Below are positions 10,250 to 22,963 of a DNA stretch of 64,000 nucleotides, piece by piece. The position numbers and the translations under genes were made by a program. The notes under the pieces are model-generated. The model saw only the letters and a program-made list of their open reading frames with translations. It did not search any database and was not told the origin of the DNA. Numbering within the stretch: position 1 is the first letter of the stretch; each line of letters begins with the position of its first letter. The stretch covers positions 1,619,544 to 1,683,543 of the forward strand of contig NW_003314269.1 of the NCBI RefSeq assembly GCF_000143415.4, given 5' to 3'. The DNA comes from Selaginella moellendorffii (Eukaryota > Plantae > Lycopodiophyta).

Positions 10250-12940
10250 ATCTTTGTCTCGCTTCTTGCGATTGGTATTTTTGTCTCGCTCCTAGCAATT
10301 GGTGGCTTTATCTTGCTTTTAGCGATTGGAGCTTTTGTCTCATTTCGAATATTTTTCTTGCCCTCGTTTCCAATGATGGGTTTCAATGTCTGCTCTACAA
10401 GAGCGCGTCATATATACTATACTTTAAATATTTTATACATAATATATTTTCTAAAGTTGAGATGATTTAGTTTTGATATTCAACAATTTTAAAACGTTTT
10501 ATTGATAAAAAATTAATATTTTATGTAGTCTATAATTAATTGGTAGAAGAGGATAATAGTTGCAAAGATTAGATAAATTTGCTTGCATACAATAATAAGC
10601 AGCATAGTAAAAAATAATAAGTTAAAAGACACAATCTTTTATATAGACAAACTCATTAATTATTCACTTTTGTTACTTACAATTTATCACATTACTTTCC
10701 TAAAAGAGTTACTCTTTTAATACCCTACCCCTTAGAAGAAATATCAATTTCAATATATAACCAACTAATAAAATCAAACCTAAGACCTTTCTAATACCAT
10801 TATCATAAATTTTACTTTATTCTTCACTAGTAGTACTTTTGATATATGTTATGGATAATATCTTTGTTTTAAACAGTTTTTTTGTTTTAAAAAAATGTTT
10901 GAAATCAAGTTTTTTTAGTATTTACATTGGTGCTCTTTGTGATTTTTGCATTTGTTTTGCATAAATTTTTAGTGGAAGAACAATTAATAAGCTAAAAGAC
11001 TAAATAAAATAAAAAATATTAAATGGTCTTAGATCTAATCCTTATAATTTAGAATTTATGTCGAGAGTGAATATAAAACATATACACTTAACTTTTTCCT
11101 TAATTGATATAAATAATTACTTCTTTAATTGCAATGCCTTTGAGTTTTGTCCTATATTATTTCTTTAATTGCTTTATCTTTGCTAAAGATTTATGCTTGT
11201 AAGGTATTCTTTGTTTTTTTAACAATTTAAATTAAATATTAATATTTTTTAAACATAGATAAAATAGAGCTCATATTAAAAAATATGATATATGATTAAG
11301 CATATAAATATTTTTCAACAAAATAAATAATAATACTTGAACAATAGTTTTATGCTATAATCTACTATTAAAGGAAAAAAATATAAAAACTTTATTCAAA
11401 ATTTTATTGAATTGATGAAAATATATTTTAATTCAAACTTTTGCTAAATGAGCAAATTATAATATGGGTTTTATAAATAACTATTTATGTTACACCATAA
11501 TATTCTACTAAAAAAATATCTCTCTCATGCCACATTATGCATTAGCGGTTTAAGATACTTTGTCTAGCATTAGTTTAGAAATTTTTACTTGCAACAAATG
11601 AAAATAATTAAACACTACTAATATGAAATTTCATGCTATGTTATGCTATATAAGTATACTTTGAAATACAATCCATTATTTTTTTGTAATATTTGATAAA
11701 TCACCATATAAACTGTTTTGAGTTCATTGGTAAATTCCATTAGATATAAAAAATCTAATATAAACAAGTAATATAAATGCTCTTGAAAATTCTTCTTTGC
11801 CTTAATTTTATAAAGAGGTAGTGGTTTTAGAGGCTCAACCATGAAGGCATCCTTGCAAACCAAGTGGATATTAATATAGTGGAGATTTATGCTATGGCAT
11901 GAGGTTACACTTGAGGATATTTGGATCTCAACTTTAATAACTATGTCACTGTGAAAAACATGCTCATTAATATTTTGAAAGGTTGGTTAGCAAACTTGTA
12001 GGTGGTAGTGGATATACCTAAAATATGCTTTGATATTCTAAGGGTTTTCTACCGTTGTTATTCATTTAGATTAATCTTGTATTTATAATTTACAAACTTT
12101 CCTAAACACTTCCTAGTATATTCTAATTTATTCTACCATCTAATGGTATTGATATTCAATAAGATTAATCTTGTGTTTATAAATTGTAAACATTTTTATA
12201 ATCTTATATTAACTATATTATTAAATCTACAGAAAATTATTACTAATGTGGTAATAAAAAATTTCACTCATAAATCTTAAACATTTATTCTTGCTTATAT
12301 ATATAAAAAAACTTTTTACAAAACAAGCTAAGAGACATACTTTGGAAAAGATAGTGATTTTTGCAACCTTGCAATGTAGCATGTTCCTAACTTATAGCTA
12401 AATACATTGGATTGCATCACCCTCTTGGTTGGGGCAATACTACTAACTTTTTTGACAAGTTTGATTTGTTTTCTAAGTCTTCCTCTTCAGCTTCTTGTCT
12501 TTTTGAGAGTTTTGATTTTATACTACATGATTTGTCAAGCTTTTGCAACTTTTTTGTGAAAATGGTGGATTATTTTATTGTTCTGGGACCAACAATAGAG
12601 AGAAGAATGAAAGTGAGTAGGTCACTCATGTGTGACAATCAATATGTGATGCACCAGCATCAACCTCGAGGGCATAGAGAGCCAAGTCCAACCCAAAAAA
12701 GACCGAAAAGCCGTATTGTAATATCATTGACCATGCTAAGAATATTGTGATTACAGTCCAACGTATGCAATTGTATCCAAAGGTGAGTTGCCAGTATTTC
12801 CAATCAAGTCTGTCACTCTCTAGTAGCAATCTAATGATAGCACTTTTGAAGGAGAGGATTACTCACTCTTCGCAATCACCCGAGCCAGAATGTAGCTCTT
12901 GGTTCAAAGTCACATTTGCAATAAAATCTAATATGCCAAT
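10250..12940. mobile_element. Very AT-rich tract, probably a degenerate DNA transposon (hAT-like trace)
   Basis: Abrupt AT enrichment, no intact ORF and a short repeat array at the left edge. Minus-strand fragments LRSKYPQV and NIHLVCKDAF near 11850-11930 loosely resemble the hAT HCxxHxLxLxxxD region. Confidence 0.3.
10251..10348. repeat. Short imperfect tandem array, ~27-28 bp units, about 3.5 copies
   Basis: Units TTTGTCTCGCTTCTTGCGATTGG, TTTGTCTCGCTCCTAGCAATTGG, TTTATCTTGCTTTTAGCGATTGG and a partial TTTTGTCTC. Confidence 0.8.
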
Positions 12941-12947
12941 CAACTGA

Positions 12948-13040
12948 GATAGTCAAGGAGATGCATTCAAGGGGCATTATTCACCGGGATCTCAAGTTGG
13001 ACAATGTACTTTTCAACCTGGACGCATGCGAAAGACAAAG
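12948..13040 (+). pseudogene. Ser/Thr kinase fragment (catalytic loop only)
   Basis: KEMHSRGIIHRDLKLDNVLFNLDA is nearly identical to the kinase at 43302-44155. Confidence 0.85.
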
Positions 13041-14538
13041 TCTTTCTCACGTAGAGCATTCAAAATGGCTTTCCTGTCTATCTGCTTGGGCTCACCATGC
13101 CAGAACAGCCATTTCCTCTTTGCTGCCGTTTCCCAAGGGACACGACCAATGTACACGGACGCCGCAAACATCAGTCGGGAAAGCAGAGGTTTATCAAAAC
13201 TGCATGTATGCCCCAGCTGCTTGACTCCCTTCCACAACATCTCGTTGCCTCGCTCCACTTCCTCTGGAATCTTGTAATCCTCTGGACGCATGTTGAATGG
13301 TTTTCCAAGATTGTGCCTGATACGATCAACGCATTGGATTACATACATCCTCCGATTCTACGTACCAGAACACCACTATGGCGGCCTGCCTCAGGCTAAG
13401 CTCCAGTATAGACGGGCCCCGCTCCACGAGGTACCCGTCTTTAAGAGCCTACAAACAAGAAAAGCAAGTTTGAAAACACTGACCAGTGCACTACTTGTTT
13501 ACCTGACTTTCCGCTGCCGCAGCTCCTCTCGTGCATATTTCACCATCTGTCGTCACAGACGATTGATCACGGTTAGCCTCACAAAGCAAGTGGGCAAAAT
13601 AGACGTACACGTCAAGCTGAGGTCGTAGTAGACTCGAAGGTCGCAACGGTCAAGCCAGAGGCGCGCATGAGTAGCACAGTTGAGGAGCGAGTGGTAGTGC
13701 GGGAGGGTGGAGTTTGGGGGCCTCTCCAGCACCAGCAAACGCAGGAGGTGGCTGTAGAACACCCCGCGGCGCAAAAGCCTCGCCTCCTTGACGCGGAACG
13801 GCATGAAGAAAATGTCATCATAAAAGTACGGCGTCCGCCTGGCATATGTTTCGCCTATGGCACTCCTGTTGCCCATGAGCCCTGAATATGCTCTCGCCAC
13901 TCTCTCCTGCACGTCTTTATGACCCTCGCTGGCCCTCCGGAGGTTCCAGCCACGGGCAAACACAAGAAATAGTCGCTCTCCATCAACTTGCAGACAAGAT
14001 CGAAAATGTTGAGGACATGCTTTCCTGAAGGATTCAATTAGTACGCCCAGATACGATAAAAGGATAGGACACCGTCCCAGGTCCAAAACAAAAAGGAGAC
14101 TTTGAAGCCTACCGGAGAAGAGAACAAAAGATCCGGGTGCCGGAGAGCTCATCCCTGTCAGCTTGTCCCCTGTTGCAAAAAGTTGGCTCAGGCAAAGGAA
14201 AATAGATCAAAGCATGCGCTACCAACAATGAAGCAGAGAGGTGGTGGAGTGCAGAGGGGCTCCAGAGGATAGGATTCCAATTCAGTCTGCCAACGATCCA
14301 CAAAGCGACGAGGGTGCACAATCATCCCCTTGCTAAGACAAAACTGCTCCCAGGACCGCTCCAACGGCTCCCACACTTCATCGTCTTCGTGCGAATCGGC
14401 AAAGTCGTGCCGCAGCAGCTCTCGGGCGAAATCTGAGAGCAACCGCAGGTGAAAGCGGGCATCTGGTACATCTTTGCTGTGGCACAGCTGGTCGAGCTCC
14501 TCGGGGCTCAGGTGTCCCAGGTAAAGGCATCTATCCAC
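13013..14538 (-). CDS. Unidentified multi-exon orphan gene or pseudogene
   Basis: Three successive same-strand ORFs (14188-14538, 13553-14152, 13013-13348) with protein-like composition and a likely intron at ~13449-13502. No family recognised. Confidence 0.35.
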
Positions 14539-14739
14539 AGGGTGACAAGACTAGGACAAATTTGGAGGGACTCGGTAGGCATGGCCACAGAAGAAGTCTG
14601 CCAGTGTCCATTCCGACCGAGCCTGCGCCAGAGTCTGCTAGAAGTGTAGAGAAAGCAATGAAGCCTTCTCCCAAAAAGACCAAGAAGGTGCCTCCTGTTG
14701 CGCTCCTCTATGCAAAGGAGGACCTTGATTGGTCCTTTC

Positions 14740-14912
14740 TAGCTGGAAAAGCTTTTTTGGTGGCTGCCGAGAACAATTGCGGAGCAAGAACGAGATGGCG
14801 AACAAAACTATGCTCTTCTTCGACAAAGCGAGAAAGACGTGTGCTAAAGTTCATTTAAGAAACTCCCTAACGTTTATCGAAGGATCAAATTTCTGGCAAG
14901 AATGGCTATTCA
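14740..14912 (+). repeat. FFGGCREQ module, copy 1 of 3
   Basis: TTTTTTGGTGGCTGCCGAGAACAAT and flanks match reverse-strand copies at ~37020-37160 and ~42985-43175. Confidence 0.85.
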
Positions 14913-15185
14913 AATATTTGGTTGCCATTGGAGCTGCTCGACGCTGGAGGAAGGGATTGCAATAAAGACTGCATTGCCGTGGATCTTGGCCATGATCCGA
15001 GCTTCTCTCTCGGCGTCGTTCTAAGCAGACCTGGTTTTCAGAGCCGTATAACTAGACGGCTATGATGAACTTTGATCGACGGCGGAGATTTAGTCATGTT
15101 TTATCAAAAAAATCTGCTCTTTTCTGAAAGCTTTTCCAAACAGTTCATAGAGCAAAATTGTCATTCAGAGCTTCTCCTCTTTTTG

Positions 15186-17549
15186 CTAGACAGCAGGCGT
15201 GAGCTCCAGCTCGATTTCTTCCAGGGACCGTCCTTTGGTCTCCACCACATTGTTTGCAATGTAAATCACTGCCAGAAGGCACACGGTAGAGAAGGCCAAG
15301 TACACTTTGCTCACGCCGAACTTGTTGACGACACTCAAGAACCAGAGCCCAATTGCAAAGTTACACACCTGCATTCGTATCCCATTAGCACACAAGCTAG
15401 CAAGACAATTCTTCTTCGTACCCAGTGCACACCCATGCACAGTGAAACAGCCTTCGCTCGGATTTTGTTCGCGAATATCTCCGGAAGAAGTAGACCGGGC
15501 ACAGGACCAGCCCCCAGCGAGAAAGAAAGAACATATCTGGAAAGAAACGCCATAGTTTTCGTTAGAGAGACAAACATCATGAGACAAGGATTGCACTTAC
15601 GTTACAGTCCCCAGAACAGCCAAGGATCCAGAGTAAGCCTCCAATGCCTTCCATGAAAGAGCAAGGGCCAATACGAGCATTGATATTGACTGCCACACGA
15701 CGGATAAGATCAGCGAATGGGACAAGCTTGAAAGGCCTTACCATTCCCGCAAAACTTGTGATTAGAAGCTTTTTGCGTCCTTGTTTGTCCATCAGTGATG
15801 CGGCCACAGCAGTTCCTGATATGGTGTCGAGTTAGACGAAGAAAACAGAGGAGAGCTACGCGTACCAAAGACGTTGGCAGCTCCAACGAGTGCACTCGCT
15901 GCAACATCGGACGTGATGCCGGCGCTCCGAAACACTGCAGTTGAGTAATAAACAACTGCATTGATACCAGCAAACTGTTGAAGCAAGAACAACGTTGCCC
16001 CAACGCCTACAACTGCATCGACCACAAAAGATTTAAATCAAAGAAGAAAAATGAGGAAAAGGCTGTCATACCTCTGCGATAACGTCGACTAAACAAGTCG
16101 CCAAAGCCAGCGCTCTCCTCAGAAGAATCCTGTTTGCTACCGCTACCTCTCAACTCCGCCATGGCATCATTCACTCTGGCCCTTCCCCACAGACGTTCAA
16201 TGGCCTTCTCGGCATCGGCAGGCCGTCCTTGCTGCATTTAAAATGTTGTAAGAAAGAGAGAAACCTCCAAAAAAACTCTCTTACGTTATACAGCCACCTT
16301 GGGCTCTCAGGAGAGAACACCATTCCTAGCCACATAAGAATCGCCGGTACAGTAGCCAAAGTGAACATAGAACGCCACCTGCATCATAGACTTGGGTCAT
16401 TTTCAGTTCCATTTTCTATCGCAAAGCTGAAGTTTACCATCCAGGATTTCCAGCCAAGGGTAACCCAGCAACCAGTGCGGCCAAAATACCGATGCAAATG
16501 AACAGCTGATTAACCGAGCCGAGGGCTCCGCGGATTTCAGTTGGGGAAATCTGCACTTGCCGGATAAGCTAAGGTTTAAGTTGAGTGATCTTTGGTGACA
16601 CCAACCTCAGAAATGTAGAGAGGTACAATAGAGGACGTGACTCCTATTCCGACCCCCACCAGAAACCTTCCTGCTATCATGGCCTGCACAGTGGTCGCTG
16701 TTGCACTGCATGCGACTTTTCGAATATTAAGTGCTGGTAAAACGATAAGAAAACGAGATTGACCTGAGAAATGCTCCAATTGCGAGCGGCAACGCATCGA
16801 GCTGAAACGTGTGCCTGCGGCCGATTTTATCAGCCAGGGATCCGCCGGTGAAGGATCCAATAGTCGCACCAGCCAGCGTGGAGCTCACAACCCATCCTGT
16901 AAAGTGTGAACGTGTCACTGAAAGCGCAGGAGGAGCTCTAGAACGCATTACCCTGTAGAACAGCGTTGCCAGCGAAGCCAAGGTCCTTGGCGAGGTACTC
17001 CAGAGCTCCATTTACAACCCTGTCCAGAGGAGCAGATTGAGAGCGAAGCGTGCCAGAAATTAGCCATACCCGAGATGGTAGCCAAACAGAAATGCTCCCA
17101 AGCTCGCGATTGCCACATAAGGCAGTACTGCTCCTCCAGAAGACGACTTTTTGTCGACAAATTCTTGCATCTCACCGTCTGCATGGAAAACCCAGTGAGT
17201 AGATCAATGCCTTAAAGATCTAAGCCCCCAAGAAGCGATGGAGCACTCCCGGGATCAATCAGATCAGGCTCGGAGAGCCAGGAGAGGAGAAAGCAGGAAA
17301 GAAAAACTCACCACTGGCGCGTGCTCTCACCAAAGACGGCAGCTGGAGCCTGTTGCTGAACCCCAAAACGCTCATCTTCTTGACCTCGGCATGCATGGAC
17401 CTGCCCCTAAACTCGGAGCCTCTAGCGGTCTCCCATGACGAGGATCTGGAGCAAGTCGCCACCGGCAGGCACCTTTTGTGTTGCTGCTGCTGCGCGAAAA
17501 CCTGTGCCGATGGCGTGGACGAGCACAATTTGAGAGCAAGCTGATGCAT
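15186..17549 (-). CDS. pGlcT: Plastidic glucose transporter (MFS sugar porter), multi-exon
   Basis: Transit-peptide-like N-terminus; GWVVSSTLAGATIGSFTGGSLADKIGRR, PESPRWL, QQFAGINAVVYYS and VETKGRSLEEIE motifs. Confidence 0.9.
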
Positions 17550-18684
17550 CTCCGGTGCGGGTGAGCTAACTTCGCTATCTACGAAAAAGAGGATCCCGGT
17601 ACAGCCCCCTTCCTTCTTTTCTCACACCCTGACGCACCGATCCCGTTCTCTCGAGTTGAGCGAGAGAGCCGAGGAGAGCGAGGAAAGCTTTGCTCGGCTC
17701 CGGCACCGCTGCTGCTGGAGGCTCTGTGCCAGTCAAAGTTTAATATACCGGCCGATAATCGTCGTTATCCACCCGCTGCTAAATAAGCTCCCACCTTTGC
17801 TTTCCTATGGATTGCCGTCAACCACACCAACGGCTAGGATGCTACCACCGGATCACCGAGACGCTTGTGTCTGTGTCTGTGGAAATCTAGCCTGTCCAAT
17901 CCACTTTTGCAGATATCTCTTCCTTTCTTGTTTGATCTTCCATCCCTGCGCTTAAGTTCCTGGCACGTAAGCTGGATCGTTGCGTTTGATCACGACAGGA
18001 CCACTCCAGTGCTGGAATTGGAATCAAGCTCTCAGCTTCTTTGCGTGGTCCGGGCCAAGGACGATCCGGCAGACTAGTAGATGATGGTTGTTCTTGAGAG
18101 ACTGGATTTTTATTCTTTCCTTGCTCGGGATTCTCATGCTCATCTCGTTGTTCTTCCTGTTCAAGCGGAAAGTGGTCATCGTGTTAGCGAGATTTCTTTT
18201 GCGATAACACGGGAAAAAAAAAAGGATGCCAGTCCAGTCGCTCTCTTAAAGAAAACCACCAAGAAGGAAGAACCAAGAAAAAAAAAAGGCAAATCCATCG
18301 ACACAAGACAAGACGATCGATCAAGACGAGAAGCTTGATGAAATCATCGAAATGCCAATATCACGCGAAGCGCCTGGGTTTAGGGCGCTGGCAATCGAGA
18401 TTTTGAGGCCACGCAAACCCTGATCGCACGGATTCGCAGCGCTGAGAGCAGCCAAATCTCCCAAAATTCCCTTCCAATGCAATGCACTACTTACCGGATC
18501 GATCGATGCCAAATCGCGAAGAGCGCCTTCTCCGCCTTCCCTCGCTCGCTGCTCCTTCAAACCTTGCAATCGTGGGCGTCCATCCATATCGCGAGTGACG
18601 TCTCTTTTACCATTTTAACCGGGTAGCAAATATTTTTTTCACTCCAACCTAGCTAGGGTTCTTGTTTTGTTCCATGGAAGTTCT

Positions 18685-20897
18685 ATGGAGAATGAGCTCG
18701 CTCCTCCAGCCGCGGGCGTAGCATCGATCCTCACAGAAGAGGCGCGCCGGGTGCTCGGCTCCGCGCATCACAATGCGGCGCTGGGACACACAGGGCCGGG
18801 TTTGGGTACGATCTCGGGGATTTTCGCCCCTGGAAGCTCCGTGGAGCTCAGGGATCACGACCTCGCGGCTCCATCCGCCAATGCAGGCTGGGATGCGTCT
18901 GGTATCACCGACGAGGCGCGCGCGGCGATCGGGAGTGCGCATCACAACACGGCATCCGGGAGCATCGCTCCAAATCTTGGGACGATCGCGGGGATTTGCG
19001 CTCCTGGAACGTTTAGAAACTCCAGGTTTAAGTTGCTAGGTAAGTTTCTTCTCGGGCTTCGGCGAAGAGTGAGAAAGAGAGCTCTTACTTTGGAGTTTGC
19101 TTGATTCCAGGTCGGCCTAGACGCGTTCTTCGTGGGGACGACAGCACTGGCTCAGACGAATCACTTGAGGCTGCCGAGAACCAACAGAAGCAAAACGACT
19201 TACAAGCAGAGAACCAGCAAAAACAAAGTGAGCTCCTCGCAGAGATCCGTCACGACCAAGTCGAGGTGGTGGAGTCCCGGCAGCAAAGCGAAGTAGCAGT
19301 GAATCAGCTAGTCCAGGTAGCTAAGAACCAGGAGGTCCACGTAGTGAACCATCACCAAGTCGTAGTGACAGAAAACCAGCAAATCCAAGTTTCAGAAAGC
19401 AAGCAATTCCAGCAGATTGAGAGCAAGCAAGGAAGCGTAGGAGGTGCCTCCAAGCTTCTAAACGGTTTCAGTGGTGTGAAGGAAGAGCTTCACAGCTTGC
19501 GGTCACAGCAGCAGGAAGTGAAAGTTGCCGAGGGTGCCAATGTTCACGACAAAGTTGTCACAGAGAGCAAGGAGAGTGATTCTTCTCGCGGCAAGACAAG
19601 AGAGAATGCGAACTTTGTGTGGGTGAACAACAAGAGGTATCAGAAGCTTGGCAAGATCGGAAGCGGTGGAAGCAGTCACGTATTCAAAGTCATCGCCCAA
19701 GACTGCACGATTTATGGTCTCAAGAGGATCATCTTGAAAGGACGGGATCATCAGACAGCTTGCGGTTTTCATCAGGAGATCGAATACTTGGAGCGTCTGA
19801 AAGGAAAGAATCACATTATCCAACTTATAGATTACGAGGTACGTGTCGACGCTGGTAAACTATTGTGCTCAGTTGTGTCTATTCTTCAGGTGACCGATAA
19901 AACCATCTTCAGGTCCGATAGTGCTGCTACCCATGGTGAAATCCTTAACGACGTGCGGATTTACATGGTGCTGGAGTACGGAGAGATTGACTTGGCACGC
20001 ATTCTTGAGCGGAAGAAAAGCGAGGATGGACAGCTTGATGAGAATTGGTTGCGGTTGCATTGGGAGGTAAAACATTCTAGCTCGTCGTCTTCGTTTAAAC
20101 TTGTCTTCCATTCGCAGCATATCTTGAAAGCTGTGAATACAATACACGAAGAGCGGATCGTCCATGCCGACCTCAAGCCCGCGAACTTTCTCCTCGTCCA
20201 AGGAGCTCTCAAGCTTATCGACTTTGGGATCGCCAAAGCCATACAAAACGACACAACCAACATCGTGCGAGAGTCTCAGGTACAAAGCTTCTTCGTTACT
20301 TTCTTTGATAAACATCGAGAGCTCTTGCGTTTCCAGGTTGGGACTCTCAACTACATGTCCCCGGAAGCGTTCCTCATGAACTCGAGGGACGAGCAGGGAA
20401 CCGTCAAGTGTGGTCGCGCGTCAGACATATGGTCGCTTGGATGCATCCTTTACCAGATGGTTTACGGCCGGACACCATTCTCCCACCTCAGCTTCTACCA
20501 GAAGATCCGAGAGATCACCAACGAGAACCATGTAATCAACTTCCCGCCGGTGTCCAACCCCCTCATCGTGGACGTGATGAAGAGCTGCCTTATGTGGGAC
20601 AAGGACAAGCGGCCGAGGATACCCCAGCTCTTGGAGCACGCGTTCCTCAAGCCAAGGCCGCCGCCACCGTCAGACGACCACCATTACCTCCGAGAGGCCC
20701 TCCTCGAGAGCTTCCAGGCCTACGTCTTGGCCAGGGGGAGCATGGAGCTAACCGAGCTGATACGAAAGGCCATCAAGCCACCTCTGGACGGTGGCCACGA
20801 AAAGCTCGACGAGGTGTTGCTACCTTTTGCTCGATTGTACGTGAAAAGAGTTGGGAAGGCTGCGCTATGTGAGCTGCTAACATCAGTCACTATGTAA
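18685..20897 (+). CDS. MPS1: MPS1/TTK-family spindle checkpoint kinase
   Basis: [65 protein letters not shown]. Introns at 19040-19110, 19839-19889, 20067-20117 and 20280-20336. Confidence 0.9.
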
Positions 20898-20954
20898 ATT
20901 ACTTCTAGAACGAAGTGTTAAGAAAGAAAGCGATGATTTTTTTCTCTCCCGACT

Positions 20955-22963
20955 TTACATTGTCTTTTGATTGTTTGCGTGATGTTTCTTCCCAGTCTCG
21001 ACGGCTAACCTGTGATCAACCCGAAAAATAGAAACTAGGATAGAAAACAATGGCTACCTGAAAGCTTCTTGCAACTCCTTGTTGTTTGGTTCCAGATTGA
21101 TACCATCGTAGAACGCAGTAGCAGCCTCCTCATATCGCTGTTTTGATAGAGTTTACTGTAAGTTCTGGACCCGAGAAAGTATTGGAAGCTACTTACCTCT
21201 AAAAGCCTTAATGCAACGCCTTCTCGATACCGTGCCTTGGCCCAGTCTGGTCTTAAATCCACTGCCGCCTTTGCGTCTTTGAGTGCCTGCTCGGCTTGGC
21301 CAGTTCGTATCCAACACACACTCCGGTTTGAGTAGAGCGAAGCATCGGTAGGATTTATATCAAGGGCCTGGAATCAACACAGTAAGCACAATAACACGCC
21401 GAAAAGAAAAAGAAAAAAGTAGAAAAGGTGTGTGTATGACCTGTGTGTATGCATCTATAGCAATCAAGTAATCTTTCCGGTTGAAAGCTTCAGTACCTCT
21501 CGACTTGGCTTCACTGGCTTTGTCCAGCATTTCTTGAGATATCTGCAGCAACATGGATCGATCCATCAGCGGAGGAAAAGGATAGAAACTCTGACCTCTG
21601 TCGTCCTTTGAGGCGCTTCTCTGGCGATGAGATCGTCCACACTCCACTCGTTATCCTTTGCGTCTTGTGACGTGAGAGGGAGAAGCATCTGCACGATCGA
21701 GCGAGAGTTTCTGGCAGCAGCGGCTTGGATAGGCTTGGCACCATCCTGAAACACCAAAGTAGTAGAAAAACCGAGTTAAACAACAGCATCTAAGGAAAAA
21801 AAAAAAACCAAACTGAAGCTACCTCGTCTTGAGCGTTGGGATCGGCTCCAGCGTCTAGAAGACATTTCACCATCTTCTCGTCTCCAGTGTCAGCAGCTAC
21901 ATGTAATGCAGTTACTCCACTAGCGCTGATGTTTACATCGGCACCATGCTGTGTCAAGAGTGAGTTAATAGAAAAAAAAAGTTTCCAAAAACTGGAGAAC
22001 TTATGGCATACCCTGATCAGGAGAGAAACAACGTCGTAAGATCCAGTGGCTGCTCCGGATATCAATGCACTCACGCCATTCTCTGCAAGTATGTTTGGCT
22101 AAAGTCATAGAATCAGAAGTGGTGGAACGTTTTTCTTTTTTCTGAAAGTACCGTACGTTTGCACCACTTCCGAGTAACAGCTTCACGGCTTCTGTGTTTC
22201 CATGCCCGGCTGCCCAGACTAGAGGCGTTCCAGAAGTACTTTCAGTGTTGATCTTAGCACCATTGTCTAGGAATAGTCGCATCAATTCAATCGAGCCTAT
22301 AAAAAAACATCGTCAGAATTCATATCTTTTCTAGCTCAAGGTACCTATCCCCGCAGCATGATGCAGCGGTGTGGATCCAAGGTCCAGTGAGGACATCGAA
22401 ACTTGAGCGTTATGCTCTATCAGAAACTTAGCTGTGTCAAAGTGTCCCAGTCGTGCCGCATGGATCAGTGGAGTCTCTCCTGCAAAAACAAAACCAAACG
22501 AAAAGTCTCAAGTCGATAAGATCACAAAACACACCATCGTTGTCTTTCTGATCCACTTCCAGATGGAAATTCTCCACGAGCTCTTTGCAGACTTGGAGAT
22601 TTCCTCCGCGAGCAGCAAAGTGAAGTGGTCCGCGACCATTGGCATCTTTTACTGCAGCAATGACATCCACGATAGCCTCCTGTCCTTGTGCCATTTTCTT
22701 TGCAGCATCTGGAGCACACACACACACACAAAGATTTAGAATCCTCCTAGTCCTTCTTCTTCTTCTTCTCGAAATAAACCAGATTTTACCTTGAAACTCC
22801 TCCAAAGTTCCAGTGAGGGAAGCGTTCAGTAAATCGCCGACAGCTTCGCGAGCTGCATTTTCACCACATCTAAGCTTGAAGATCGAAACAGTGAAAATCC
22901 AATACCTGAGAGCGCGGTGGTGGCATCCGCCACCGTTTTGGAGCTCGGCGCTCCCTCCACCAT
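20955..22963 (-). CDS. Ankyrin-repeat plus TPR protein (similar to Arabidopsis TPR10), multi-exon
   Basis: Ankyrin repeats (GRGPLHFAARGG, GTPLVWAAGHG, GVTALHVAA) and TPR segments (EAKSRGTEAFNRKDY, LRPDWAKARYREG). ATG 22963 splices in phase to AREAVGDLLNA; stop at 20955-20957. Confidence 0.9.

Noticed and set aside
10251-10348. Short repeat array considered as CRISPR-like
   Set aside because: Units are contiguous and degenerate with no unique spacers, no cas genes are present, and the context is eukaryotic.
19101-20897. 598-aa ORF taken as a single-exon kinase
   Set aside because: It contains three GT-AG introns that interrupt conserved kinase subdomains, and the true start is upstream at 18685.
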